Shown: positions 9,608 through 21,643, numbered from the stretch's first letter. The stretch: DNA of 64,000 nt from Pseudovirgaria hyperparasitica (GCA_010093815.1 ML996570.1); one strand, 5' to 3'. Made by a program: numbers and translations. The notes: generated from the letters alone by a model not told the origin.

Positions 9608-12449
9608 ATGGTAAGTCCTCACCGCCAGACTGTCCTGTTCATAGCGGGGCTTTCCTTCTAATTCTTCTTCAAAAACAGCAGGCCATGACGCCCATTACAC
9701 CGCTGGAGTCCGGTGTCGAGATGTTTCAGAAGGGTCAGATGCAGACCCTATTCCCACAGCGAGCGTCAGGCTCGACTGCCTTTGCGCAGAGACAGTCGCG
9801 CTCCTCCCAGCCGCGCCCTGTCTCCGAAGCGACCGAGATTTTCGACACCGATCTCGAGGACGACTCGACCGATCTGGAAGATGACGATGATGACTCGAGC
9901 GACTTTGAGGAGGACTCGCCAAAGTACAGCTTCGACTCGGTAAGTTGCCTGCCGCCTCTGTTGCTGTTGCTGTTCTTGTTCCTAACTACCATCATCAGAG
10001 CGAGAGCCGCCGCAGTCAGACGACGCTGTCGAGTTTCGAAGAAATCACCACCCCGTACTCGAGCCGCCCGGTCGAGTTCGACTTCAAGCCCGTCGACATG
10101 AAGCCGGTCGAGGGTCCCCGCGGCCCACACCTGTTCCGCGCCTCGCAGACGTCAATCGACTTTGACTTTGACTTTGCCCTCCAGCTCTCGCCCATCGCCC
10201 TCAAGTCTCCCATGACGTTACCGCCGCCGCCGCCGCAACAGGAATATCCCACCGAGCGGGAACTCCTCGCAGCAGCAGACACCCCCGCGACCGTCATTGC
10301 CCCGCGCCAACTGACCAGCCTCGTGAGCGCAATGCAGGATGTCGACAGCTCCGAGGTGCGCTCGTGGTCGTCGATGCAAGTCGCCATGTGGATGAGTGAT
10401 TTGGGCTTCGACGGGAGCGTGGTGGAGAAGTTCAAGGAGCACGACATCACCGGCGCCGTGCTGCTGGACATGCAGTTTGAGGACCTCAAGGAGCTTGACA
10501 TTGCCTCGTTTGGCAAGCGCCATCAGCTCTGGAATCACATCGATGCCCTCCGCGAGAACAACGGCCGGATAAGCCCGGCACCGACGCCCTTCCAGGACAC
10601 CACCCTCCCGTGCTCGGAACACGGCCGGTCAAAATCACGACGGCGGCGCGACAAGAGTCAGGAGCAGCACTGTGGAAATGGCGGAGACGACGACGAGATC
10701 CTGAGCCCCATCACCCCCGGCGGCGCTGCCAACAAGAAGAGGCGAGCACGCAAGCCGCGCAACATCAACGACATTGTCACGCCCGCCGAGTCCGTGTCCA
10801 TAGTCGCCATCGAGCAGCTGCTCCCCAAACCACACAAGTGCGCCAAGGGCGAGCGCTGCGCAAAGTGGCGGAAGCAGCAGCGCCAACTCGCGCGCCTGCA
10901 AGAGGAACACGGCTTCGCAATCTCGCCCGAGAACGGCGGCCAGATCTTCATCGCGGGCGACCCAGGAAACGCCGGGCAGGCCGGACGGATAGTGGAGAAT
11001 GTCGTGTTGCGGCCCGCGTCGGAGAATGTGGCATCGGTCGTGGCATCCTCCGCCGCGCTGCCGTCCGCCCAGTTCCCGCCCCTCGCCCTGCACGAGGAAA
11101 TGCTCGACTTTGTCGAACATCGCGACCCGCAGGAGAACGTCAAGCAGTTCCTCTCCCTCCAGGGCTGGGACTCGCCCGACGCAAACTTTCCCGTCGAGCG
11201 CCCGCCCACGCCTCCCCTTGACCTCTTCCCGCCTCCCGCTGTCGTCCCCCTCCAGCCCCCCGTGCCCGCAACACCACACACAAACCTCAAGAACCTCCCC
11301 AAGCTCAGCATCCCCCGTGCCGCATCAGCACTATCCGCTACTACTACTACTACTACTACTACCACCCAGGACCACCTCGACCCCAAAACAGCCTTCTTCT
11401 CCCCATGCCGCTCCGCCCTCTCCCCCGCCGACCCCGGCCTCGCCCACCTAATCTACCGCTTCGGCACCCCGGCCTCCGAAATGGACGTCCCCGTCCCCGT
11501 CACCGCCCTCCCGTCCGACCCGCTCTCCCGCGACTCCTCCCAGAGCGTCCCGCCAAACATGCTCTACCGCGACCCGACCCAGCGCTCTGCCTCGCGCGCC
11601 GCCCCAGACTGGCGCCGCCCGAGCTTCGCCCTGCCCTCGCTGCTCGAAGACCGCGTCTTTGAAGAGCCTGCCTCGTACCAGAACAACAATCACCACAACA
11701 ACGCCCACCACGCCTCATCTTCTTCCTCCTCCTCTCTCCCCACCGCCCTCCCCCTCGACCCCAAATCCGCACACGACCTCAAGCCCCCACGCTCCACCCC
11801 CTCATCATCCCGCCACCACAACCCCTCCTCCTCCTCTTCCCTCCCATCAACCACCAAACCCACCGCCACCAAATCCCCCTACCCCGGCTCCACCCACGCC
11901 GGCTGGATGAAAAAGCGCCGCACCCGCCTCCTCCGCCACGAATGGACAGACGCCCACTTCCGCCTCACCGGCTCCTCGCTCGCCATGCACCCCAACGCCC
12001 TGCCTTCCTCGTCCGCCCTCAACACAATCGATATCGACGATTACGCTGTTGCGTGCAGCTCCGTTGCGTCGGGAAAGTTGGCGGCGCGGATTCGGGCGTT
12101 GAGGAATGCTTCGTCTTCTTCGTTTTCTTCGGAGGGGGGAAGTGCGGGGAAGGGCAAGGCGGGTGGTTTGGACGCCGCGTTTGAGTTTCAGCTTGTTCCT
12201 GCTGTTGAGGGGGAGGGTGGGGCACGGTGGAGAAGGGTTTGGAGGGATGGTGCGGGGATTGGGGGGGGGAGTGGACTTGGTGGGAGTGGAGGGAGTGGAG
12301 GGAGTGGGAGTGGAGGGGGCAAGACTTTGCATTTTGCGGTTGAGACGAGGGATGAAAGGATTGATTGGATGCGGGAGTTGATGCTTGCTAAGGCGCTGAG
12401 GGCGAAGGGGAGGGGGTTTGAGGTCGAGGTTAATGGGCGGGTTATTTAG
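9608..12449 (+). CDS. SAM-domain and PH-domain protein (Boi1/2-like scaffold with no SH3 visible); introns 9611-9678/9681 and 9940-9998
   Basis: SAM: VRSWSSMQVAMWMSDLGFDGSVVEKFKEHDITGAVLLDMQFEDLKELDIASFGKRHQLWNHI. PH: HAGWMKKRRTRLLRHEWTDAHFRLTG…LHFAVETRDERIDWMRELMLAKA. GTAAGT donors at 9611 and 9940 join the frames of ORFs 9685 and 9945. Confidence 0.85.
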
Positions 12450-13214
12450 TTGTTGATGTTGTTGGGGGTTAGGGTAGGGGTTGTGGGTTGTGATGCCGTT
12501 TCCTGCTCTGCGTTTTTCGTGGGGTATGTTTTCGTTTTGTGTGTTTTTGGATTCCCTTTTGCTGTTGCTGTCGTTGCTGTCGTCTGCTTTGCTTTTTCTT
12601 TTTCTCGTTTTGGGTTTTTCGGTCGTTATACAGGATCTTTGCCCCACCGCTCCCCTCAATTCCCCCCCTCCTTTTGACATTGTTGTCGACTTTGCACGTT
12701 TGTGTGTGTGCATTGCTTATTTTTATACCCTCTTTGTTTTTTGGCTGCTTGGTTTTGGTTGTTGTTGTTGCTTGGTGGTTGTTGGTTAGTGGTTGATGAT
12801 TAGTGGAAGGACGATGCTGATGATGATGTTATGACTCGGTTTTATTGGTTTGGTATTGGTTTGATTGCTTGATTTTGTCTGGTTGGTTTCGGGTTATAGG
12901 TGATGAGGTGGGACGGTATGACGGTATGATGGTGGGATAGGGCGGAGAAGACGAAAGACGAAAGACGTAAGACGAGGGAATAAAGACGAAAGGAGGAGAG
13001 TGACGACGGGACGAGAACAGACGTTCGTAGCGGTAGTAGTAGCAGCAGTAGCAGTAGCAGTAGTAGCGGTAGCAGCAGTAGATATACACACCACGACAAG
13101 ACACGCTGTGGTATAGCGTAATACTCTATCTTCATCATGCAGCGTGGATCTTTGCTTTGGTGCTATGTTATCATGTTTGTGAGCATGTTTGTAATCATGC
13201 TTGTAATCGCGTCT

Positions 13215-13245
<31 letters not shown>

Positions 13246-13480
13246 CACGCAGTACTATCCAAGAAACACACACCACACCTACAGCGCCCCGTGTATTCGC
13301 CCGTATATCTCTGGGCATATCTACCGAACTAGCTTAGCTTAGCTTAGCCTGGGCTCGTAGTACGTTCTTGGTCGTTGGTTGGTATGTATCCTTGGTTGTT
13401 GGGTGGTATGTGGAGCTTATATCTCGCTTTATGGGGTTTATGCTGGTGATAGGATGGCGGAGTTTCACTGGGTCTTGGTG
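12450..13480. repeat. Low-complexity/microsatellite tract downstream of the SAM+PH gene
   Basis: GT-rich 3' region, (GTA/GCA)n ~13033-13080, (CA)n ~13219-13244, (TTAGC)n ~13330-13347. Confidence 0.8.
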
Positions 13481-13529
13481 CTTGGTTTTGGGGTCTAGAG
13501 GTTGGGGAGTATAGGTTAGAGTATAAGTG

Positions 13530-13838
13530 TAGAGGTTAGAGGTTAGAGGTTAGAGGTTAGAGGTTAGAGGTTAGAGGTTAGAGGTTAGAGGTTGGAGCTT
13601 AGAGAACGGTTAGAGCTTAGAGTCTAGTAGAGTATAGAGTCAAGCAGAGTCTAAGGTTCGAGTCTACAGTCTATAGGTCAGAGGTTAGAGTCTAGGGTAA
13701 GTTTAATAGAGTGTAGAGTATAGAGTGTAGAGTATAGAGTAGATAGTATAGAGTATAGAGTGTAGAGTATAGAGTATAGAATATAGAGGGTAGAGTATAG
13801 AGTGCAGAGTATAGAGGGTAGAGTATAGAGCCTAGATT
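13530..13838 (+). repeat. Heptamer tandem array: 9 perfect TAGAGGT (=TTAGAGG) units at 13530-13592, then degenerate TAGAGTR units to ~13838
   Basis: Read directly from the sequence. The G-rich strand is +, and the unit resembles TTAGGG with one inserted A. Confidence 0.9.
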
Positions 13839-13946
13839 ATATAATCTACGTACTTATTATAAGATAGTTAGTTAATTTATAAGTCCGTGATTAGAAGCAC
13901 GTACATGTACATATATATAGGGGTAATTAGGTAGGTAGGTAAGTAG

Positions 13947-13982
<36 letters not shown>

Positions 13983-14922
13983 CCCACGCGTCCACGTCCA
14001 CGTACACATACACATCCAAGTACAACATGCATAATCACAAGCCTCCGAAACATCGTTGATCTAGTAGTCATAGCGCACAGAGACGTCCATCTACCTGCTT
14101 CTCTCTTCTTCATGCCCTTCCACTAGATCATACCATACACTTGTCCCACATATTCCTGGCTACATTGCGGACTCGTGTGAGCAAGTATAGACTATCCCAC
14201 TAATCCCAGTAGATGATGTATAGTATAGCATACTACTAATCTCCCGGTCGTGAAGCGTGTATGTAGCGTGTACTTATATTGATACCAGGTGGTAGTAAGC
14301 AGTAGGATTCGATGGATTCGGAGGTGTATACTTAGTCCTACTCTCTCCGCCTGCACGAATGGGATGTACTAGTAGGAATCAAGCAGTAGACATGAATAGT
14401 AGACCTGAACAGCAGGCACGAAGAGTAGTTATAGAGAGTCTAGTCGATCCTGGTCCGCGACACGTCATTTTGCCCTTCTGCCCTTCACAGGCCTACCTTC
14501 TTGATTAGCTTTATGCACTGAGCCTGATTATGCTTCACAACAACAACAAATGCAATGCCCGCATTATCACGGATGATAGAAACGATTGTTGTACGAGACG
14601 TTGGTACTTATTGTGATTTTCTAATACAGAGCGTGCTTTTCTCCCGCTTGGTCAGAGTATTATCATGACCGTCTCCCGCAACACAGCGAACGCTAGAATA
14701 CTGCCATACTCTCCTCTTAGCTGGTAATGTCCCCTTGCGATGACTTTATATGTCTGACCCGTTCAGGAGGCTCCGTGTGTCGTACAGTAGACGTCGTTGG
14801 TAACGACATAGAAGCTCGACAATCAAAAACTGGCTCCAAGAAGTAGAAAAGAATACAAGAAGGGGAAGGCCAAAGTATATACAAGAACAGAACCACGCAC
14901 GCCCATGTAAACACCAAGACGT

Positions 14923-15631
14923 CTACACACCACGCTGGAGCTCCACAACGCGAAGTTGCACAACCTGGCCGATCTGCACCGTCACGAGATCCGCTGCCGC
15001 ACCGTTAGCTCCTGTCACACATACAGACATACGTCCATCAAGTCGCAGACTCACGAGATCGGTCATACAGTCCTATGGTCCACGCGCCCTCCTGTCCCAC
15101 CGGAAAAGCCATCCATTGCGCCTTCTCCAGCCCATAATACCCAAGCACCCGCGGCTCCGCGCTCAGCGTAAACTCCGTCGACTTGTACTCAACGCCCGCG
15201 GCACCCGGCATCATATCCAGCTCGACCTCGACCGGCGCCTCCTTCAACACCCAGCCGCCCTTTGGGCCCACCAGCGTCGCCCGAGCGCCGAAATCGCCCG
15301 TGACGGTAGCGCTGCCAGCGTGCCCTCCCTTGTAAGCGTTCTGGAGCCCGTACGTCGCGTTGTCTGCCGCCGTGGCGGTGGACTTCTTGACGTTGAAGCG
15401 GTAGCAGGTCGAGTTGGGGAAGATGCCAATCTCCCGCCACTGCCCGTGATCCCAGCTGTCTGTCGATTCGACCTTCTTCGTCGTGTTGAGCGCGAGCATG
15501 GCACCGTCGATTTCGGCAAAGTTTGGCGAGACGACTGCCAGGGCGTATGGCCCGTTTGATTCGAAGGGGAGAGCGGCGGCAGAGCTGAGCGCGAACAGCC
15601 CGAGGACTGTATAGACGGTGGAGAGCTGCAT
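14923..15631 (-). CDS. Secreted protein of unknown function; intron 14994-15054
   Basis: Signal peptide MQLSTVYTVLGLFALSSAAA. A GTGAGT…GCTAAC…CAG intron restores a C-terminus (…YDRSPDLVTVQIGQVVQLRVVELQRGV*). Confidence 0.7.
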
Positions 15632-16356
15632 TTGTGTGTATGTCGATGGGAGAGGCTGGCGGGCTTTGCAAAAGCTATCACACAAAGACTCGATGCGCGC
15701 TCGATGTTATATTTGCCAGTGTGATCCCGGTGGTTTGATTAAGTGTCATTCGGAGATATTAGGTTGATTGCATGTGCCAGTGCACACCCACCTCTCGGCC
15801 ATCCTTGTCTCTGGACAGGAATAAACGAAATGAACACCTCCGTCCACAGTCTTGGTTAGGCTGGCTCGGACTCGTTCAGCAGCCTCCTACGAGCGACGGC
15901 AATGACATGCTACAGGACTTCAAACGCTTTCTGCCTTCTGTTCTCTGTATTTTGACTGTGAGAGTCCTGCGCGATTTTCGATTAATTTAGATGCCAAGGC
16001 GCGATGCTTGGCTTGGCAAGAGCACCGTGTAGTGATAAAATTCCCGCAGGTAAACAAGGGTGAAACATGTGGGCCTTTTTCTACAGTCAGTGCTCCAAGC
16101 TGCGTGGACCGTTATGCGCACCCCGCATCAGAACGACCAGTTTTCCGGGGCGGTCATTGGCGTCTCGTTTTCAATAATCGGGCCGATCCGAATCACGGCG
16201 CCCGGCTTCTATTATAGGATACATACACACACACGTATCCTTCATGAAGAAGTTGAGTTGACTCCCCAATGATGCTTTCAGTGGAGGGGTGATGGAAACA
16301 ACAATGACTTGTGTTGAACAAAGCAAGTCAAATCTAACCGTCTCAATCAGGAACCC

Positions 16357-18720
16357 TCAAGCCTGAGCTGATGCTGATGCCAATGCTGGTACCGCCCGAT
16401 TGAACCATGTTTCACTCACATAATCCTTCTTCGGTCCTTTGACGTCGTATGCCAGCACAAAACGTTCGATTTGCGCACCCCGGAACCTGAATTCGCAGCG
16501 TGAGTTATACATGTCCTTGATGCAGAGATGGTCGGATGTTGCGATCCAGCCTTGATGCTTCTCGCCAGGTCGGGGATGTGGCTCGAACTTCATCTCGTTG
16601 AAGAGATAGTCGACCTTCAAGTCTGGCTGTGAATCCGTCTCTCTCTTGACGAACCACACAGTGATCGTGTCTGTCCGGGCGGAGTAGCGGTAGACGTAAC
16701 GATGAGATGTCTGAAACGACTGTCCGGTTTTAGTATACGCAGTCCCTTGCTCGATGTAGAGGTATTCGCCATCATACCCAACGTCTGTTGGTGCGCGTGG
16801 ATGGAAGGTTCCAGTCCCTTCATAGCGGTTTATGGGGAACTCATCCAATTTGCTGTTCAGAGATCTCTTTTGCTCCCATGATCCCTGCAATGATCGGAAA
16901 ACTGCAGCGGCAACGAAGCGTGCAGACTCTTTCGAAGCGGTTAATGTGGACTGAAGGTACGAAAGCGTCGATTGTGCGGCAGTCTTTTCGACAGCGTTCG
17001 ACGTATATCGTGCAGGGATGACTGGTCCTTCTTGCTCGCCGTCGCGAGTGATCCCAATCTGCTTAGACAGAGACTCCATCAGGCCAACATAATCACCCAT
17101 CCAGTATTGTGGTGCAGCCAGATTGCGCGTCAGCATCGATTGCCGAAACGAACGCAACTCTGCCAACTCCCTGGCGGTGTCGCTTTCGGACTGCTGAATT
17201 TGAGATTCAGACCACTTGTCTGCGAGAATTCTTGCTTGCATCTCCATCACTCCCCAGTAAGGCCCTTCATACGAACCAACAAATCCAAGCGTAGGACACT
17301 GTGGATGCAGGATACTAGCATTCGCAAGCAGGACAGGCATCCTTGTGGATGCCGGTTCAAACTCGAGCCTTTCAAGCACGTCTTGGGACAGCCATGACAG
17401 TGTGATTTGCGGCATGAAGCCAGTCCCATGCACAATGGCCACGACATCAGATATGCTAGTCGATGGGCTGGAGTCTGACGCTGGCTCTCCATCCTTGGTT
17501 TGCATCTGTATGGTCACCGTGCAATCGTTTCCGCCTCGATTTATGACAAACTTAGTTGCTCTGCCCAGCACCGGTACGATACTGCCTGATCGAACGAATT
17601 CAGGATACAGATCAGTAATCGCCGCAAACGGAGCCGACTTCTCATCCCTATCGACGAGCCCCACAGACCCAAGATCACTCTGATCTCCTCCGAGTATGCT
17701 TCGAAAATACTGCTTTACCTCAGCAGCCTTGGTCGATGACACGAGCCCTGTGGAATACATGACCGGTCCTGTGGGTCTGCTTCTGAGGTCGAACATTGCA
17801 AGATCAAGAGGGAGAAATGCTGGCCTGTTGTTAACCTCTTTGGTGTCTTCATCGACCGGCTTCAACGGAAAGTAACGAGGTATCGCGTGGAATGGCTTGC
17901 TATGGATATTGACCAGTTTGTACCCGTCGTACGATCTCGGTGAGTCCGGTGCAAAACTCGCATTTGAAATCTGGGCCGCAAGAAAGGCAGAGGCCTCGAC
18001 ACCACTGTTGCTACCTCCAAGGACAACAATGGTGCCGCCTGTAGTATGATCTGGAGGTATGATGTCCTTGATCTCGCGCAGCTGGGAGCTATGCTTGACG
18101 GATACTCTGGAATCCTCGGACGCATCCCTTGATAGAGCTATGTCTGCTGGCTTCTGGAAAAAGCCAGAAGCGACGATTACATGGTCAAAATTTCGTTCGT
18201 TGATCGCTGGTGTAGTGCTGTCCATCGGACTACTTGCTGTGACTATATCGGGTTGAGTAGACCTCCAAGATACCTTCCACCTTTTCGTGCCATCTTCGCC
18301 TTGAACTTCTGAAGCATTGATAACCTCGCAGCCGTATTTGATCGACCCATCTGGTAATTTTCTTTCAGCGTATGCATTCAAATAACGACCTACTTGCCAT
18401 GCTGTTGGAAACATTGGTATATCGTCAATAGTTGCCGTAGACCGATCGCAGACCTCATGAGCTATGTCTTCCCAAGGGAAGTCGCTGAAAGCTACGCTAA
18501 AGCGGCTTATATTTGTAGGCATGTCGAAGTTGCATTTTGGGTCTTGATGGCGTTTGTTTTTGTCAAATGCCCATATACCGCCCACACAGGGCAGCTTCTC
18601 CAAGACTGTGACATCAAACTTGCATTGTCTTCCATTCGCATCCTGCCACTCCTTTTGTAGCAGTGTCTTGGCCGAGACAAGACCCGCCGGTCCAGCTCCC
18701 ACGATACAGACAGACGGCAT
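16357..18720 (-). CDS. Flavin-containing monooxygenase-like oxidoreductase with a C-terminal DUF6314-like beta domain
   Basis: FAD motif VCIVGAGPAGL, GGIW, VIVASGFF, NADPH-type VVLGGSNSG, HGTGF, GPYWGVMEMQAR. C-terminal module LQGSW…YLYIEQG…HLCIKDMY…VKGPKKDY. Confidence 0.82.
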   Translation of the reverse strand: MPSVCIVGAGPAGLVSAKTLLQKEWQDANGRQCKFDVTVLEKLPCVGGIWAFDKNKRHQDPKCNFDMPTNISRFSVAFSDFPWEDIAHEVCDRSTATIDDIPMFPTAWQVGRYLNAYAERKLPDGSIKYGCEVINASEVQGEDGTKRWKVSWRSTQPDIVTASSPMDSTTPAINERNFDHVIVASGFFQKPADIALSRDASEDSRVSVKHSSQLREIKDIIPPDHTTGGTIVVLGGSNSGVEASAFLAAQISNASFAPDSPRSYDGYKLVNIHSKPFHAIPRYFPLKPVDEDTKEVNNRPAFLPLDLAMFDLRSRPTGPVMYSTGLVSSTKAAEVKQYFRSILGGDQSDLGSVGLVDRDEKSAPFAAITDLYPEFVRSGSIVPVLGRATKFVINRGGNDCTVTIQMQTKDGEPASDSSPSTSISDVVAIVHGTGFMPQITLSWLSQDVLERLEFEPASTRMPVLLANASILHPQCPTLGFVGSYEGPYWGVMEMQARILADKWSESQIQQSESDTARELAELRSFRQSMLTRNLAAPQYWMGDYVGLMESLSKQIGITRDGEQEGPVIPARYTSNAVEKTAAQSTLSYLQSTLTASKESARFVAAAVFRSLQGSWEQKRSLNSKLDEFPINRYEGTGTFHPRAPTDVGYDGEYLYIEQGTAYTKTGQSFQTSHRYVYRYSARTDTITVWFVKRETDSQPDLKVDYLFNEMKFEPHPRPGEKHQGWIATSDHLCIKDMYNSRCEFRFRGAQIERFVLAYDVKGPKKDYVSETWFNRAVPALASASAQA

Positions 18721-19028
18721 TCGGAGTTGTAGGGTAGAAAGAGTTCTGACTATACTCATGCCAATTACCCCTCTACGGTTTCTGAGTGCAAGGACCACTT
18801 CACCTGTGATCATATACCTCAGGGGATCTGTAATTAGTGGAACTCACGAAGGTCAGACAATTCGACGCAATAACGCTAGTTTGCGTGGGGGCTATTTAAG
18901 CACTAATATCTGCCTAGAGAACAGATGCATATCTGGCGGCTACGACGCACGCCACGTTACATTAATATACTCTGTTGATTGTGTCCCAATGATATCCGAC
19001 CGAAGCTGTATCCAGCGAAAGGAACATG

Positions 19029-19831
19029 TCAGTCGAGCCCAGCAAGCCTCCTGAACCCTTTATTTGATATGGTTCTTCCATCTCCCTCAACGCCGGCCCC
19101 ATCCAGCGGCCTTCCATCGCCTGCAGCGAGCTCTGCCATCCACCTGCCCAGAGGTTTAGTCGGGCTATGAAAGCCACTCAGAAGCATTTTCGTAGTCGGG
19201 AATAATACCGGCCTCAATACTCGCTGATAGGCTGGCCGCCTGGGAACGTATTCGTGAATCGCCGGGTGATCAGTTTCGTCGACCATTGCCGGCCGCACAG
19301 AGAATGCTTTCAGCTCAGGATTCCTCTTGTGTTGTTCCAAGATAGCAGCCTCGGTCTCGCCTTTGACACGTCCAAATATGGGCGTAAAGACCCCTGGTGT
19401 GAGCGTTGCGCCTTCGCCCGAAACATAGACAAAATTGAACGGCGACTTGGGCGCAAAGGCCTCGATGAACTTGATGGGATAGTCTTTTGTGATCTCGATA
19501 TATTTCCTAAACAATCTATCAGCATGTGCAGGCATTGATTCCGCTGTGACGGTAGCAATGAGACTGACTCCTTGTCCACGTCGTTTTGCGATACACCCAG
19601 TGCCCATACAATGCCCTTTGCATCTCTAATCCTCGTGAGCGCTTCTTCACCTGCGTCCCATTTCCCGAAGTCTTCCTTGAGTATCACTTCGGTTTTGTCG
19701 GTGCCCTTTGCCATTGCCACTGGCCGCCTGCTGATGATGGAAATCTTGGTCACATTCTGCATCGCGAGCATTGCATCGAGTACCCCAGAGCCAACGAGGC
19801 CAGTAGCGCCAGTAAGGACCAAGTGCACCAT
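19029..19831 (-). CDS. NAD(P)-binding Rossmann-fold protein (atypical SDR / sugar-epimerase-like, TIP30-like); intron 19507-19568
   Basis: MVHLVLTGATGLVGSGVL, IVWALGVSQ, FVYVSGEGA, FGRVKGETE, SVRPA. The intron joins the two ORF frames. Confidence 0.85.
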
Positions 19832-20393
19832 AGTAACCAATACTTCACGACAAGGGTTGTTATTTCTTTCAGAGGCAAGATTGAGAAGTAGGTACGAGAA
19901 GACAAGTGTTATTGAAGCGTCGTAGATCTTAAATACACGGCTGAAAAGGCACCACAAGCTGACGCCATCAACGGTCAAGGACCAGAGAGTTTCGCGGACG
20001 AATTTACGTTACCTTTGCGGAGTTTACAAGTACTGCTTATGGCCGGCTTCAGCGCCGGCCCAGACGCGCACTAACTAGCATTCCAAGCAGTGCCAAATAT
20101 AGCCTTGGAGGATGATTAAGAATTTCTGGCGCCGAGGGACGATCTTTACGAGGGAGCATGAGTGCTGCAGGCTCATATGCCGTTTCACGATGCCTGAGGG
20201 AGCAGTCAACGACAAAATTCAGCAGTCTACTCCTATGGGCTTCGGGGCTTTCTCGAACGGGATAATGGTATTGGCGAGCATGTTTAGGTATGGGGATATG
20301 AATATCTATGCTCATATCGGGAGATCGGACAAGCGGTATATCACGAGCGCCTATGATTGAGCGTATACGTGCTTCCTCGCATCTCATCTGAGG

Positions 20394-21643
20394 CTATCCT
20401 AAACTGACATAACCCTTTCCACCACTTTCAGCGACAATCACATTGTCCCCATTAGCTTCCTTAGTCACTGGAGCTGGAACATCTCGCATTTGCGTTCCTT
20501 CGCCATCGCCCTCAACCAGTCTAAGCTGCGCATTTCTCTTCGCCATCTCCTTTCGCTCCTGTTCTTGAGTCTGGGTCATGTAGGTGGAGTATCTCAGCGT
20601 TGCAAGGATCATCACGGCTGATATGGCTAGAGCCGTAGCTGCACGTCGCGTCAGGAGCCACCGAAGGCTCTCAACTTCAGACCGGGCGTCTGAATTGAGC
20701 GATACGGTGATTTTATAGTTCAGCTCCTGGATCTAGGTCGAATTAGTACATGAGGTATCACAGCCTAACACGAACAGCTACTTACTGTGTTCTCCATAGA
20801 CTTTTGCTCCGCCCTAACTGCCATCTTACGATCGTCGAACAGTCCCTTCAATTCGTCTTTTAGTGTCTCTCTCTCTTGTGAGAAGCGTTGGTTCAATATG
20901 TCCACTTCGTGCTGGAGCTGAGTACGCTCTTGACGCATCTTCTCAGTCTCTCCGTTTCGATTGTTCTGAATCTCAGTCCGTAGCTCGCTACAAGCTGCAC
21001 GAAAGAGATATCCCTCATTCTCCACGTTGGACTTCGACACTAGCGCTTCCCGTGCGGTTTCCATATTCTGCGTTAGCAGCCCCCGGATTGCCTTCATGAC
21101 CGTCACACTTTGTTCTTGGGAGAACCCTGAACCCTCAAGATGCTTGACTAGCCCATACGTGTCGAAGTGGTGGACGTAAGGTGGGGTCTGGAGATGCGGA
21201 GGTTTCTTCGCACTGTCAGCAGGTGACGGCATATGTAGTACGGTTTCCATGGGTGGACTCTCTGATACACTCAAAGTAGGCGGGACTTTTGTTTGTGATT
21301 CCTCGGTGGGCAGTTGTGTCGACGGTTGCGAGGCAGCATCCCCACTGGTGGACGAGCCTGAAGCCTCTTTCGTACCATTTTCATTCTCGCTCGTACCCTT
21401 GCTGGCTTGCTTTTCTACGGAAGTGACTGATAGTTCATTATCTTTGTCGCTAAGATGGGCTGGTGGCTTATTAGCCGTACCATATCGAGATCTTGCGGCG
21501 GAGCTGTGCAGAGGAGCAACTCTTAAACGCGGTCGCGCGCAAATATTGGCATTGGCGTTGCGATGACCGCGTGCGTCACAAGAGCGAGGCTTGAATAGCA
21601 CGGGGTATAGGAAGGATAAAAATGGTGGACGAGAAGCCGACAT
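20394..21643 (-). CDS. Mitochondrial CCDC90/MCUR1 (DUF1640) coiled-coil protein; intron 20733-20785
   Basis: Arg-rich presequence, PPYVHHFDTYGLVKHL…GFSQEQSVTVMKAIR, YLFRAACSELRTEI, and a C-terminal TM segment after LRWLLTRRAA. Confidence 0.85.

Noticed and set aside
13655..13667. GGTTCGAGTC T-loop-like motif
   Set aside because: Sits within the degenerate heptamer array, with no cloverleaf or A-box.
13530..13838. Heptamer array as a CRISPR-like array
   Set aside because: No spacers, 7-bp unit, eukaryotic context.
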